Shown piece by piece: positions 18,105-27,770 of a stretch of DNA of 64,000 bases. Origin of the DNA: Pseudomonadota bacterium. GTDB lineage: Bacteria > Pseudomonadota > Alphaproteobacteria > Caedimonadales > UBA1908. The stretch's first letter is position 1. Each line of letters opens with the position of its first letter. A program made the position numbers and the translations under genes. Below the pieces are notes generated by a model. That model searched no databases, was not told the origin of the DNA, and worked only from the letters and a program-made list of their open reading frames with translations. Where the stretch lies: positions 4,980 to 68,979 of the forward strand of contig JAIUNT010000002.1 in the NCBI GenBank assembly GCA_020161545.1. Direction: 5' to 3'.

Positions 18105-18250
18105 AACGTGACTCCTCCCGATTATTTATTTTTATGTGACGCTTTAAAGTATACGCTCATTTACATGTGGCGCACAATAATTGTTTTTTCGCCAGTCATA
18201 AGTCCATTATATGCCTGAAAACGTTTCGAAAAGATTAAGAGAGGTGTCGG

Positions 18251-18889
18251 CTAGATCGTCCCAAAGAGACGGTCCCCCGCGTCCCCTAGCCCTGGAATAA
18301 TATAGGCGTGGGCATTGAGGTGCAGGTCCTGGGCGGCTGTGTAAAGGGCAACCTCGGGGTGCGCGTTGAAGAAAACTTCCAAGCCCTCGGGGGCTGCCAC
18401 GAGGGAGAGGAAAAGAATGGAGGAGGCGGGTACACCGCGTGCGCGCAGCAGGCTGACGGCGTAGGCGGCCGAGTGTCCCGTGGCCAGCATGGGGTCGACT
18501 AAAATAAAGGTCTTATCCTCCACCGGGGGAAGCTTGACCAAATACTCGACGGGGCGTTTTGTCTCGGGATCCCTGAAAAGACCGATGTGTCCCTCAAGGG
18601 CCAAGGGGAAAAGGTCCATAAGTCCTTCGGCCATGCCGATACCAGCGCGCAAAATGGGTACCACCACCAACCGATCTTCATGGGTTTTTGTGGCCAGCAT
18701 AGAGGTCATGGGGGTCGTGATGCGTGTTTCAAAAACGGGCAGGTGCCGGGTGATCTCATAACCCATGAGGAGGGCGATCTCCTTCAAGAGACGACGAAAG
18801 GTGGGTTTGTCCGTGTTCACATCACGCATGCAGGACAGCTTGTGCTGGATAAGGGGATGGTCAAGAACGTGAAGATGCGTGTGTTCCAT
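18251..18889 (-). CDS. upp: Uracil phosphoribosyltransferase
   Basis: The sequence [17 protein letters not shown]...[15 protein letters not shown]...[14 protein letters not shown] includes the PRPP-binding motif. I chose the start at MEHTH. Confidence 0.9.
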   Translation of the reverse strand: MEHTHLHVLDHPLIQHKLSCMRDVNTDKPTFRRLLKEIALLMGYEITRHLPVFETRITTPMTSMLATKTHEDRLVVVPILRAGIGMAEGLMDLFPLALEGHIGLFRDPETKRPVEYLVKLPPVEDKTFILVDPMLATGHSAAYAVSLLRARGVPASSILFLSLVAAPEGLEVFFNAHPEVALYTAAQDLHLNAHAYIIPGLGDAGDRLFGTI

Positions 18890-19008
18890 GGGTGTGCGCT
18901 CATTTTTGATTTTGCCGTATGCTATCCCAGACTTTGGGCGCAGGCAAGATGATTTCATAAACGATCAAAGGGTTATGCGCGAGCGACGGGGATGCCTTGT
19001 ACAGCTCG

Positions 19009-19023
19009 TTAAGACATTCTTAA
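19009..19023. promoter_or_regulatory. CtrA-type box TTAA-N7-TTAA in the upp / Q1 divergent intergenic region
   Basis: The site is TTAAgacattcTTAA, 46 nt upstream of ATG 19069. Confidence 0.5.
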
Positions 19024-19068
19024 TCAACAGTGGCTACGGTGGGCGTGTCTAGCAAGGGAGTGTTGCAC

Positions 19069-19473
19069 ATGGTTCAAAAAGGCATCTATTTAGCGGGAAT
19101 TGTGATGGTGACCTGTATGACGGGGCACGTTTTCTCTCTTTCAGCCGTTTCCACTCCCCCATCTTTTACCATAGCTCAAGTGGAGCCAGGTGACAGACAA
19201 TGCCCAAAGCTTTCCCCGGGTGGCTCACTGATCACTTATATCTTGAAGGGAAACGCCAATAAAGATCCTACCCAAGAAACTGCAATTCTCCTCAATGGGC
19301 AGCGATGGCGTCTTATTGTTCACGAGAAAGCCGGAGCGCCTGCGCCGAAAGAGCCTGAGGTAACCTACTTTGGAGCTAGGCGCTACGCCGCCACAGAAGC
19401 AAGAACCTGCGAATACCACTTTGCTGGCCAGAAGGCTTTCGAAATTTCCCTGATTGAGGGTGTGCGGCCTTGA
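19069..19473 (+). CDS. Small secreted protein, Q-family paralog 1 (divergent)
   Basis: It has a hydrophobic N-terminus. The conserved pair CPKLSPGG...TCEYHFAGQKAFEISL matches CPGLKLGD...SCEYQYVKGNSSFMVTL in the next gene. Confidence 0.5.
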   Translation: MVQKGIYLAGIVMVTCMTGHVFSLSAVSTPPSFTIAQVEPGDRQCPKLSPGGSLITYILKGNANKDPTQETAILLNGQRWRLIVHEKAGAPAPKEPEVTYFGARRYAATEARTCEYHFAGQKAFEISLIEGVRP

Positions 19474-19603
19474 GGCGAGGGTGTTTTGAAGCAAAAACCC
19501 TCAGAGCCAAAAGTTAGACTCAATGGGGTGGCCAGAACCCAGAGTGTCGACCTCCTTCTTTGAGGGAACGGCCCTTTCCCACCTTGCTGCTGAAATGCGT
19601 TTT

Positions 19604-19618
19604 TTAACCATTTGTTAA
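19604..19618. promoter_or_regulatory. CtrA-type box TTAA-N7-TTAA (contains the TTAACCAT half-site) upstream of Q2
   Basis: The site is TTAAccatttgTTAA, 50 nt upstream of ATG 19668. Confidence 0.6.
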
Positions 19619-19667
19619 TTTAATTCTTTTATCACCAAAGCGGTAAAAGCCTTAAAAGGGATCATCA

Positions 19668-20183
19668 ATGGGAACAAAATTTTTTCTGGGATTGGCCGTT
19701 CTTGCAGGCCTTGCCGGCACTGCTTCTGCGTCTTTTCCATCTGCTGTCCAAAGAAACGCGTTTAATGTGTCCATGAATGATGAAGGGTGTCCCGGGTTGA
19801 AGCTTGGTGATCCACTTTTTGTATATATTCATGAAAGGTTTAAAGCGAATCAAATGCGCGGGACTCTAACTATCAACAGAAAAACATGGACGATGGATCT
19901 AGAAGAACGTTTTCTCGCTGTACGCGGTAAGTTAAATGATTTTCCTGAAAGCTTAGATGCTGTCCATGCGCCCGTTGGCAGCTGTGAATACCAATACGTC
20001 AAGGGGAATAGCTCTTTCATGGTTACGCTAAAGCCCACTGAAGTCACAAGGGGGCCCGGCATTAGGGAGGATAAAGGCCCGGCCTTGGAGGAACTGAGGG
20101 TGTATATGCGCGAACTAAAGGGCAAATTCCCTGGGCTGACCCAGAGCGACTTTCTCTCTGTTGTGAAAGACGCTTTTAAATAA
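19668..20183 (+). CDS. Small secreted protein, Q-family paralog 2
   Basis: The signal peptide ends LAGLAGTASA-SF. It is paralogous to 20339-20842 over its whole length and has two conserved Cys. Confidence 0.65.
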   Translation: MGTKFFLGLAVLAGLAGTASASFPSAVQRNAFNVSMNDEGCPGLKLGDPLFVYIHERFKANQMRGTLTINRKTWTMDLEERFLAVRGKLNDFPESLDAVHAPVGSCEYQYVKGNSSFMVTLKPTEVTRGPGIREDKGPALEELRVYMRELKGKFPGLTQSDFLSVVKDAFK

Positions 20184-20274
20184 GAGTACGTCCCTACGCA
20201 GAACGCCGGGGCCTTAATCCCGGCAGCCTTCATTAAGGATACCGGTCTTCTAACCTTGCTATGGACACGGTCTT

Positions 20275-20289
20275 TTAACCCTTTGTTAA
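20275..20289. promoter_or_regulatory. CtrA-type box TTAA-N7-TTAA upstream of Q3
   Basis: The site is TTAAccctttgTTAA, 50 nt upstream of ATG 20339. Confidence 0.6.
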
Positions 20290-20338
20290 TTTTTTGCTCT
20301 CATCCTAAGTTAAGTGTAACTCATAGAAAGAGGTTTTG

Positions 20339-20842
20339 ATGAGAAAAGGGATTTTTGTGGGTGTGCTTGTGTTTGCAGGCCTTGCGGGCACCGCGCATGG
20401 GTCTACGTCGTCTGCTGTCGAAGGAAATGCCTTGCATGTGACAATGGACAAAGAAGGATGCCCTGAATTGAAGCTTGGCGATCCACTTTTTGTGTATATT
20501 CATGAAAGATATGATGCGCGCCAAGAGAAAGCGGCCTTGATCATTGACGGAGAAAAATGGACTATGTCTACATCACGAGTATTTATGTCCATTGCCAGCC
20601 ATACGGAACACGACAGTCAGGAAAAGATTTTATCCCTCTATGCACCCCGCGGTGCGTGCAGATACCAATATGTTAAGGGTGAAAAATCCTTCACAATTGA
20701 TATGAAAAAGGTGACTAGTATAGATGAAGATCAAAAAAACAAAGACATGTCGTCTCTGAGTGGATATCTACGTCAGTTGAGGAGCACATTCCCCAAATTG
20801 ACGCAAGATGACTTTCACTCTGCTGTAAAAGGCGTTTTTTAA
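20339..20842 (+). CDS. Small secreted protein, Q-family paralog 3
   Basis: The RBS is AGAAAGAGG and the signal peptide ends FAGLAGTAHG-ST. The shared core is CPELKLGDPLFVYIHER...ACRYQYVKGEKSF. Confidence 0.65.
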   Translation: MRKGIFVGVLVFAGLAGTAHGSTSSAVEGNALHVTMDKEGCPELKLGDPLFVYIHERYDARQEKAALIIDGEKWTMSTSRVFMSIASHTEHDSQEKILSLYAPRGACRYQYVKGEKSFTIDMKKVTSIDEDQKNKDMSSLSGYLRQLRSTFPKLTQDDFHSAVKGVF

Positions 20843-20879
20843 GAACAACTAAGCCATCGTACGTGCAAGTGCCGGGGCG

Positions 20880-21350
20880 TTAGTCCCGGCCGCCTTCTTT
20901 AAGGGTGCGGCCCTTTTCGCGCTGCCAATCACGCTCTTTCATGGTTTGACGCTTGTCCGTCAGCTTTTTACCCTTGGCGATGCCCAGTTTCAACTTCACA
21001 AGACCCCGTGGGTTAAAGTAAAGCGCCATGGGAATCAGGGTATATCCCTTCCTTTGCACAGCCACCATAAGCTTGCGGATCTCGCGTCGGCGCAGGAGGA
21101 GTTCGCGTGGGCGCTTGGGCTCGTGGTTAAAGCGGTTGGCCCCCGTATATTCGGGGATGGTCATGTTGAAAAGGTAAAAAATGCCTTGTTTCTCGGCCGC
21201 GTGGGCCTCAACAATGCTGGCCTTTCCTTGGCGCAGGGATTTGACCTCACTCCCCACAAGGCGCAGGCCCACCTCAAGAGTTTCTTCGATAAAGTAATCA
21301 AAGGCGCCGCGGCGGTTGTCGGCGATGGTCTCTCCGTTAGCCTTAAGCAT
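20880..21350 (-). CDS. smpB: SsrA-binding protein
   Basis: The sequence is [40 protein letters not shown]...[20 protein letters not shown]. Confidence 0.93.
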   Translation of the reverse strand: MLKANGETIADNRRGAFDYFIEETLEVGLRLVGSEVKSLRQGKASIVEAHAAEKQGIFYLFNMTIPEYTGANRFNHEPKRPRELLLRRREIRKLMVAVQRKGYTLIPMALYFNPRGLVKLKLGIAKGKKLTDKRQTMKERDWQREKGRTLKEGGRD

Positions 21351-22239
21351 GGCGGGCCTGTCCTGGTGTGAGAAGTCCTGCCTTGTGCAATGTCGCCTCC
21401 ACGAAAGCGCGCGCGGGGGGCGAGGCTGGGGTTAGGGGCAGGCGCAGCTCATCCCTGCACAATCCCATGAGGGAGGCAGCGCACTTCAGGGCAATAGGGT
21501 TGGTCACGCACAAGACCGCTTTGGACAGGGGGAAAATGGCGTCGCGCGTCTTAAAAAACGTTGCAAGGTCTCCTGCGCGCCACGCGTCGTGGAGGCGTGC
21601 GTAAAGGTGCGGAACAACGTTGGCTGTGACGGACACGGTCCCGTCTCCCCCTTGGGCCAAGAAAGCGGCGCATGTGAGGTCCTCGCCAGACAAAAGGGCG
21701 AAGCGATCACCAAAGCGTTGCTTAAGGGCAAGGGGCCAGGTGAGGTTGTCCGTGGAGTCCTTAATGGCCAAAAGGCGGGGAAGGGATGCCAGCGCCTCAA
21801 GGGTGTCATCTTCGAGTTTGCCGCATGTGCGCCCTGGGTTGTGATAGAGCATGATGGGCAAATCGACTGCCCCGTGGGCGGCCGCAAAGTGGGCAACAAG
21901 CCCTTCGCCCAGTGGTTTCACCACAGACGGCGTCATGATCATAAGACCCTGCACACCAATCTTTTGGGCGCGCTTGGAAAGGGTGACGGTCTCGTGAGTT
22001 GTGACAGCGCCCGTGGAGGCAATGATGGGCAGGCGCCCGGCGGCCCCTTCAAGGGCGCACTTCAGGAGATATTCATGCTCATCTGGCGTGAGGGAATTGC
22101 CTTCGCCCGTGCATCCGCCCACCACAAGAGCGTGGGTTCCTTGGGAGGCGTGCCAGTCCACAAGACGCGTCACAGCCTGGCCGTCAATGTGGCCATCTTT
22201 AAAGGGCGTAAAAAGTGCCACAACTGACTTTTTGAACAT
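21343..22239 (-). CDS. dapA: 4-hydroxy-tetrahydrodipicolinate synthase
   Basis: The sequence is [10 protein letters not shown]...[18 protein letters not shown]...YHNPGRT...IKDST, which includes the catalytic Lys context. I chose the start at MFKKS. Confidence 0.9.
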   Translation of the reverse strand: MFKKSVVALFTPFKDGHIDGQAVTRLVDWHASQGTHALVVGGCTGEGNSLTPDEHEYLLKCALEGAAGRLPIIASTGAVTTHETVTLSKRAQKIGVQGLMIMTPSVVKPLGEGLVAHFAAAHGAVDLPIMLYHNPGRTCGKLEDDTLEALASLPRLLAIKDSTDNLTWPLALKQRFGDRFALLSGEDLTCAAFLAQGGDGTVSVTANVVPHLYARLHDAWRAGDLATFFKTRDAIFPLSKAVLCVTNPIALKCAASLMGLCRDELRLPLTPASPPARAFVEATLHKAGLLTPGQARHA

Positions 22240-22282
22240 AGCGTTTCGTCCCAATTAAGGATAGAATCCCCACACCATAGCG

Positions 22283-24286
22283 TTGAGGAATGCTGGCGGC
22301 AAGGGGATTGTGGTAATGGGCGCGCGTGTTTGTCTTATTTTGATGGGTTTTTTTGTGGCTGGCGAGGTGTCGGCCCAGGGGTGCGCGACGCGCCTGAAAG
22401 AGGCCTTTACCTATCGCTCTTTAAAAAGCGCCCACGCCCTTTTTGAAGATGGGCACTGCGCTCTAGAGAAGAAACTCATCACGTGGCACTACATGCGCGA
22501 AGGGTCACGGGAGCCCTCCTTTGAGGATTACACCCGCTTTGCAAAACACCACGACACATGGCCCTGGATGTTCCGGGTGCGCAAATACGCCGAAAGCCGC
22601 TTGTCTCCCCAAACGCCTTCCTCCCATGTTTTGGCTTGGTTTGAGGATAATCCCGTCAAAACCCTGGACGGGGCCCTCGCCCTTTTAGATATTGTGTCCA
22701 AGTCCAGCGAAGCCAAAGCAAAAGCCCACGCCCGCGAGATTTGGAAAGAGGTCAGCTTAACGCCTGAGGAAACAAAGACCTTTATGACGCGCTATGGGCG
22801 GTTCTTGGGCACCCAGGACCATAAGGCACGGGTGCGGGCCTTTCTGCAGCGGGAGGACATCACACCTGCCCAGGCTCTGGTTTCCTATGTGGATCCCAAG
22901 ACCCGTGTTCTTTTTGAAGCCTGCGCCGCGCTCATTCAAGGGGACAAGAAAGCCCTTGCCCTCTATGAAAAGGCAAAGGTGCATGCCAAGGACGATATGG
23001 ATTTACGCCTCGCGTATCTCATTTGGCTGCGCAAAAATAAGACCCTGGAGGGCGCGACCTTTTTAACGCGTAATCCACGCCTGGCGTCCTACGCCCCGAC
23101 CCTCGTGTGGAAGCAGGCCCATATATTGCTGCGCCGCGCCCTTGAGAAGGGGGACCGTAAGACGGCGCTGGCCCTGGCCAACATGGGGCACGCCACGTCT
23201 GGCGAAGATTATGCCCAGGCTCAGTTCCTAAAAGGATTTTTCACACTCGATAAGGATCCAGCGGCTGCCTTTGCCATCTTTGAAAAGACCGCTGCCTCCA
23301 TGAAAAGTGCCATATCCAAGGCGCGCTTTGCTTACTGGGCTGGGCGTGCCCTTGAGGCGCAAGGAAGTGAAAAGGCCCATACTTGGTTTGCCAAGGCCAG
23401 CCGTTATCCGTCCACATACTACGGGCAACTTGCCGCCAAGAAGCTTGGGAAAACCCTTGACGCGCCTGAGCCCCTGAACGTTGCGCCAGAGCTTCTGGAG
23501 AAGGTGCGCAAAGATGAACGCTTCCAAGCGGCCAGAACACTATATAAGGCTGGGCGCGAGCGTGATGGCACAGAGTTTTTATTCATGATGGTGAAAAACG
23601 CTTCGTCTCAAAAAGAACGCGAGGCCATTGTGAAGGTGGCGGCCCAGCTTTCTCCAACCCAAACCGTGGGCCTTGCCAAGGAGGCGGCCACCAAGGGCGA
23701 GATGTATTGCACGGAAGCCTATCCCGTTCTGGGCAACCTCCACGCCCGTGCCATGGAGGAGGTGGATCCAGCGCTTCTCCACGCAGTCATTCGCAAGGAA
23801 AGCGCGTTTAATTCACGCACCGTCAGCAGTGCGGGCGCCGTGGGGCTTACCCAAATGCTGCCCTCCACCGCCAGGGATGTGGCGAAGAAAATGGGCGTGT
23901 CCTACAGCCAGGATATGCTCCTCAATGACGATGTATACAATGTGCAATTGGGCGCGCGGTATTTGAAGAGCCGCCTGGAGGCCTTTGATGATAACCCGTA
24001 TTTGGCGCTCGTTGCCTATAACGCGGGTATCAAGTTTGCAAACGAGTGGGTGCAAGGCTTTGGTGATCCCCGCAAGGATGTTGATCCGACGGTATGGAGT
24101 GAGCTGATTCCCTTTGGGGAGACCCGCAACTATATTCACCGCGTGCTTGAAGCTAGGCACGTCTACGCTTTGGGCCCCGTTCAAGAGGCACGGATAAATG
24201 GCAGCCATACGGCCCACACGCCAAGGAAAAAGGCGTCTTCAGTGCCTGACGCTAAAGGTGACAAAAAATCTCGCGCATCAAAATAA
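22283..24286 (+). CDS. slt: Soluble lytic murein transglycosylase (Slt70-like)
   Basis: It has a signal sequence and a long helical superhelix region. The C-terminal SLT domain reads IRKESAFNSRTVSSAGAVGLTQMLPSTA...AYNAG. The start may be ATG 22316. Confidence 0.85.
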   Translation: MRNAGGKGIVVMGARVCLILMGFFVAGEVSAQGCATRLKEAFTYRSLKSAHALFEDGHCALEKKLITWHYMREGSREPSFEDYTRFAKHHDTWPWMFRVRKYAESRLSPQTPSSHVLAWFEDNPVKTLDGALALLDIVSKSSEAKAKAHAREIWKEVSLTPEETKTFMTRYGRFLGTQDHKARVRAFLQREDITPAQALVSYVDPKTRVLFEACAALIQGDKKALALYEKAKVHAKDDMDLRLAYLIWLRKNKTLEGATFLTRNPRLASYAPTLVWKQAHILLRRALEKGDRKTALALANMGHATSGEDYAQAQFLKGFFTLDKDPAAAFAIFEKTAASMKSAISKARFAYWAGRALEAQGSEKAHTWFAKASRYPSTYYGQLAAKKLGKTLDAPEPLNVAPELLEKVRKDERFQAARTLYKAGRERDGTEFLFMMVKNASSQKEREAIVKVAAQLSPTQTVGLAKEAATKGEMYCTEAYPVLGNLHARAMEEVDPALLHAVIRKESAFNSRTVSSAGAVGLTQMLPSTARDVAKKMGVSYSQDMLLNDDVYNVQLGARYLKSRLEAFDDNPYLALVAYNAGIKFANEWVQGFGDPRKDVDPTVWSELIPFGETRNYIHRVLEARHVYALGPVQEARINGSHTAHTPRKKASSVPDAKGDKKSRASK

Positions 24287-24474
24287 TACGTGGTGGATTA
24301 TACAGTTTCCTAGAGGCACAATAACGAAGAGCCTTGACAGACCGTCTTTATATCTGGCAAATTGAAATGCTTGCTGCTTCGCGCTGCTCCTTGTAACCCT
24401 TGGAGAGTACGTCGCTTCTTTCGCAAGTGCTCCCATGACAAAACAACCTTAAAAGCCCTTGTGGGAGAAAAAAC

Positions 24475-26250
24475 GTGATCTATACATCCGGCGTGTGTGC
24501 TTTTTTATGGCACTATGTGAAACAGTATCCTGTGAGCTTTCTGCTGCGCACGTTGACCATGCTTGTCTGGTCCGTGAACGAGGCCCTCTTCCCCTATTTT
24601 ATCAAAGAGATCATCGATGTGCTGGCTGTTGCGCCAGCCCATGCGTCTGCGTGGGCCCTTGCGGGGGGGACAGTCTATCAGATCATAGGTCTTTGGCTTT
24701 TCATGGACATCTGTATGCGCTTTGAAGGGTTTTTGGGTGTACGCTTGACGGCCAAATTCTGTAGACAAATCCGTCAGGAGGCTTTTTCCCATCTGACAGG
24801 GCATACGCCTCAGTTCTTTAATAACAACTTTGCGGGGAATGTTGCAAATAAAGTCAATGACTTGCCAAGAGGGGCGGAGTTTCTTGTTGAGCAAATCATG
24901 CACAGCTTCTCGCCGATTCTTTTTATGCTTCTTTTGTCCGTCATTTTGATGGCCAAGGTCAGCTTCTTTTTTGCTGGCGTGATGGTGACATGGTTTTGTC
25001 TTCATAGTTTCATTGTGCTGATCAACTTGAGAAAAGTGACCCAAGGATCATCTGACTTGGCTGACGCCACGTCCCAGGTTGCGGGCAAGGTGGTGGATGC
25101 GCTGTCAAACATTCTCTCCATGCGCCTTTTCGGCCGCCGTTCCTATGAGCAGACATATTTTGGCAAGATCCAGGACATGGAGGCGGCCAGACGTACAACG
25201 GCGCGCAGCCGTATTGCGTGGCTGAATTGTTATCTGGGTGCGCTGACTTTTGTGCTTCTTGTGGTGACATTTGTGCTGCTCATGAAGGGCTGGGAGGAAG
25301 GTTGGGTAAGCGTGGGTGAGGTCTCCCTTATCTCCATGTTGACCTTTACGCTCATAGGCCTTATTTGGCACCTAAGCTTTGAGTTAAGCTCCTTCTTCAA
25401 GGAGATGGGGCTCATTCGCGCGGCCCTGTCGTTCTTGCGTGTACCCTACAGCATCGTGGAGGCTCCCAACGCCAAGACCTTGCATGCCCCCCATGGGGAG
25501 ATCCGTTTTGAGAACGTGACCTTTGGGTATCAAGAAAACACATCTCCTCTGTTTCAAGATTTGAGCGTGCGTTTGGTTGCAGGAGAGAAAGTGGGCCTTG
25601 TGGGCTTTTCGGGATCTGGTAAGACCACTTTTGTGAATATGATCGTGCGGGCCTTTGATCCACAAAAGGGGCGCATCACCATCGATGGCCAGGACATTCG
25701 TGATGTCAGCACCGCAAGTCTTGCTGGCGCCATTGCCTTTATTCCCCAGGATCCTTCTCTGTTTCACCGGACGCTTTTGGAGAATATTCGCTACGGGCGC
25801 CTTGAGGCAAGTGACGCGGACGTTTTTGCTGCCGCGCGCCTGGCCCATGCGGACACTTTCATTGAAGCGCTTCCACAAAAGTACCACACAAGCGTGGGGG
25901 AGCGGGGGTTGAAGCTTTCGGGGGGCCAGCGCCAGCGCATCGCTATCGCAAGGGCCGCCCTCAAAAACGCGCCTATTCTGATTCTGGATGAGGCGACATC
26001 TGCCCTTGATTCCGTCACAGAGCGCCTGATCCAGGATAGCTTCCATGAGATCATGGGCGGGCGCACGACCCTTGTCATTGCTCACCGTTTGTCCACGCTT
26101 CAGGATATGGATCGCATTCTTGTGTTTGACCATGGGCGCATTGTGGAAGACGGCACGTGTGAGGCTTTGCTTGCCAATGAGAACGGCGCTTTTGCCAAGC
26201 TCTGGCGCATGCAAAGTGAAGGGTTTTTGCCGGACAAGGAGGAGGGTTAA
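24475..26250 (+). CDS. ABC exporter, fused permease and ATPase (MsbA/multidrug type)
   Basis: It has six N-terminal TM segments, Walker A GFSGSGKTT, signature LSGGQRQRIAIARA and Walker B ILILDEATSALD. Confidence 0.9.
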   Translation: MIYTSGVCAFLWHYVKQYPVSFLLRTLTMLVWSVNEALFPYFIKEIIDVLAVAPAHASAWALAGGTVYQIIGLWLFMDICMRFEGFLGVRLTAKFCRQIRQEAFSHLTGHTPQFFNNNFAGNVANKVNDLPRGAEFLVEQIMHSFSPILFMLLLSVILMAKVSFFFAGVMVTWFCLHSFIVLINLRKVTQGSSDLADATSQVAGKVVDALSNILSMRLFGRRSYEQTYFGKIQDMEAARRTTARSRIAWLNCYLGALTFVLLVVTFVLLMKGWEEGWVSVGEVSLISMLTFTLIGLIWHLSFELSSFFKEMGLIRAALSFLRVPYSIVEAPNAKTLHAPHGEIRFENVTFGYQENTSPLFQDLSVRLVAGEKVGLVGFSGSGKTTFVNMIVRAFDPQKGRITIDGQDIRDVSTASLAGAIAFIPQDPSLFHRTLLENIRYGRLEASDADVFAAARLAHADTFIEALPQKYHTSVGERGLKLSGGQRQRIAIARAALKNAPILILDEATSALDSVTERLIQDSFHEIMGGRTTLVIAHRLSTLQDMDRILVFDHGRIVEDGTCEALLANENGAFAKLWRMQSEGFLPDKEEG

Positions 26251-26277
26251 CGCCTCCTCCTTCCTGACAGCGCGCAG

Positions 26278-27495
26278 TTAGGCGCGCGCGATTTGCCCAC
26301 GGCGTTCTTGCCACAAGAGCGCCGCAAAGCCCGCGGCCCCCAAAATAAGGGCGACCACAATGACCGAGATGCCGTAGGTGAAGGACACCTTTTCACCCAT
26401 AGACTCGCTCAGCTGAATGACCCCTCCAATGGCGGCGTGAAAGGCGTATCCAAAACCCATGATGATCATGTTGGCCAGGGCGGTTGTCAGGCCCGCAATG
26501 TCCTCTCCCACATAGGTGGAAGCTTTGTAGATCGCAATGATCTGATAGGCGCAGGCAACGCCCACCATGATAAAGCCAATGGACAAGCTTGCAATGGTCA
26601 TTTGCCCCGTTAACATCACGGCAAAGACGCCAAGCATTGTGGCAGCACTTAAGGTGATGACGCCCAAGTCACTGCGTACCTTTGCGGCCAGCGCACTCAA
26701 AAACGGCGCGCCAAAACACATGCCCACAAAAATCAAGGACGGAAGGCTCTTGGCGCGTGTCGCCTCCAAACCGTATACTTTTTCCAAGAACGCACTTCCC
26801 CAAACGTCCGCAAATCCTTCCATGGGGCCGACCATGAGCCCTGCCAAAAAGCACACCGCCAAGACGCGTGGGTTGGTCAGGACTTCTTTGATCTGTGCCC
26901 AGGGTGTCTTCGTGCGGGGCGCTTCTTGTATGGCTGGAATCACCATGTAGGTGGCCACAGCCAAAGCGATGCCTAAGACACATAGCACCTCTAAGACAGC
27001 GTTGGTGCCAAAGGTTTGACACAAGTAAGCCACCGGGCCTCCCCCGTAAATGGCGCCCACAAGTCCAACGGAGACGCACAGGCTCAACATGCGCGTGAAG
27101 TGCTTTTCCTCAAACCCCATGCGGATGATCTTGAAGCTGCCTAAAATGGCTGCCGATGAGCCAATACCCATCAAAAAGCGTCCTGCCGTGGGCCAGATCC
27201 AGTGCTGGGCCATGATCATGGGCAAGGTGCCCAAAACCGTGAATAGAATACATACGGGCAGGACTTTGCGTGGACCAAAGCGGTCAAAGGCCAGTCCCAA
27301 GGGTAAGTGAAAGAGGGCGTACCCGATGTAATATACACCGCAAAATTGTCCGAAAGTGGCTGTATCCATATGAAAGTGGGTCATAATATCTTGCATCATG
27401 ATGCTGGGGCTGACCCTCAAAATGAATTGATATGCATAAAAAAGTGCGCCCATAAGCCACATGCTCCAGGCGGCTGCGCGTTTAGTGCGTGTCAT
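26278..27495 (-). CDS. MFS transporter
   Basis: About 12 hydrophobic segments are present, with an MFS loop 2-3 motif GLAFDRFGPRKV. Confidence 0.85.
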   Translation of the reverse strand: MTRTKRAAAWSMWLMGALFYAYQFILRVSPSIMMQDIMTHFHMDTATFGQFCGVYYIGYALFHLPLGLAFDRFGPRKVLPVCILFTVLGTLPMIMAQHWIWPTAGRFLMGIGSSAAILGSFKIIRMGFEEKHFTRMLSLCVSVGLVGAIYGGGPVAYLCQTFGTNAVLEVLCVLGIALAVATYMVIPAIQEAPRTKTPWAQIKEVLTNPRVLAVCFLAGLMVGPMEGFADVWGSAFLEKVYGLEATRAKSLPSLIFVGMCFGAPFLSALAAKVRSDLGVITLSAATMLGVFAVMLTGQMTIASLSIGFIMVGVACAYQIIAIYKASTYVGEDIAGLTTALANMIIMGFGYAFHAAIGGVIQLSESMGEKVSFTYGISVIVVALILGAAGFAALLWQERRGQIARA

Positions 27496-27724
27496 AAGAC
27501 TTCTCCAAAAAATCGTTTATAGGTCCTGTCCTTTCGAGGGCAGGGGAATTACAGGTATGGGGATGTAAGAAAATATGCTCCGCCCTAGCGGAGGAGGAGA
27601 AGACCGCGGGAGAGAACAGCAAAGAAAGGCGCGTTGCTTTTCAAAACAAAAATCCCAAAGGAACAAAAGGCGGGCCACAGCGGCGCGCACTTGGTCTATT
27701 ATATGAGGCCTAATAGGCAAAGTG

Positions 27725-27758
27725 TCAAGAAAAGAAAAGGGGGAGTGTCCACTCCCCC
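27725..27758 (-). terminator. Intrinsic terminator of the 1000-aa gene
   Basis: The minus strand reads GGGGGAGT-GGAC-ACTCCCCC followed by TTTTCTTTTCTT. Confidence 0.55.
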
Positions 27759-27770
27759 AAGTAGAACCCT

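Larger units (their letters stand above)
19581..20239 (+). repeat. Tandem duplication unit A (promoter, Q2 and a copy of the smpB 3' end)
   Basis: It aligns with 20252-20905 at a period of about 666-671 bp. 20214-20239 matches the last 26 nt of smpB (20880-20905) at 22 of 26 positions. Confidence 0.7.
20252..20905 (+). repeat. Tandem duplication unit B (promoter, Q3 and the authentic smpB 3' end)
   Basis: See unit A. The shared blocks are ACCTTGCT, TTTTAACC(a/c)TTTGTTAATTT and AAGCTTGG(t/c)GATCCACTTTTTGT(a/g)TATATTCATGAAAG. Confidence 0.7.

Noticed and set aside
20843-21350. I looked for a tmRNA (ssrA) gene next to smpB
   Set aside because: I could find no tRNA-like acceptor/T-arm or tag-reading-frame pattern in the flanks. 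The sequence 3' of smpB is accounted for by the Q3 gene and the duplication.
25384-26214. Long antisense ORFs inside core genes: 25384-26214 in the ABC gene, 39722-40513 in thrS, 40516-41115 in infC, 43443-44363 in pheT, 46523-47356 in lepA and 16652-17416 across mutL/patatin
   Set aside because: Each is fully contained in, or overlaps, a gene with unambiguous conserved motifs on the other strand. None has an RBS, a signal sequence or any recognisable motif.
27496-27720. A 225-nt leader upstream of the MFS transporter, examined for a riboswitch
   Set aside because: It contains a hairpin (CCTGCCCTCGAAAGGACAGG) but nothing I can match to a known riboswitch class by eye. It needs an Infernal/Rfam scan.
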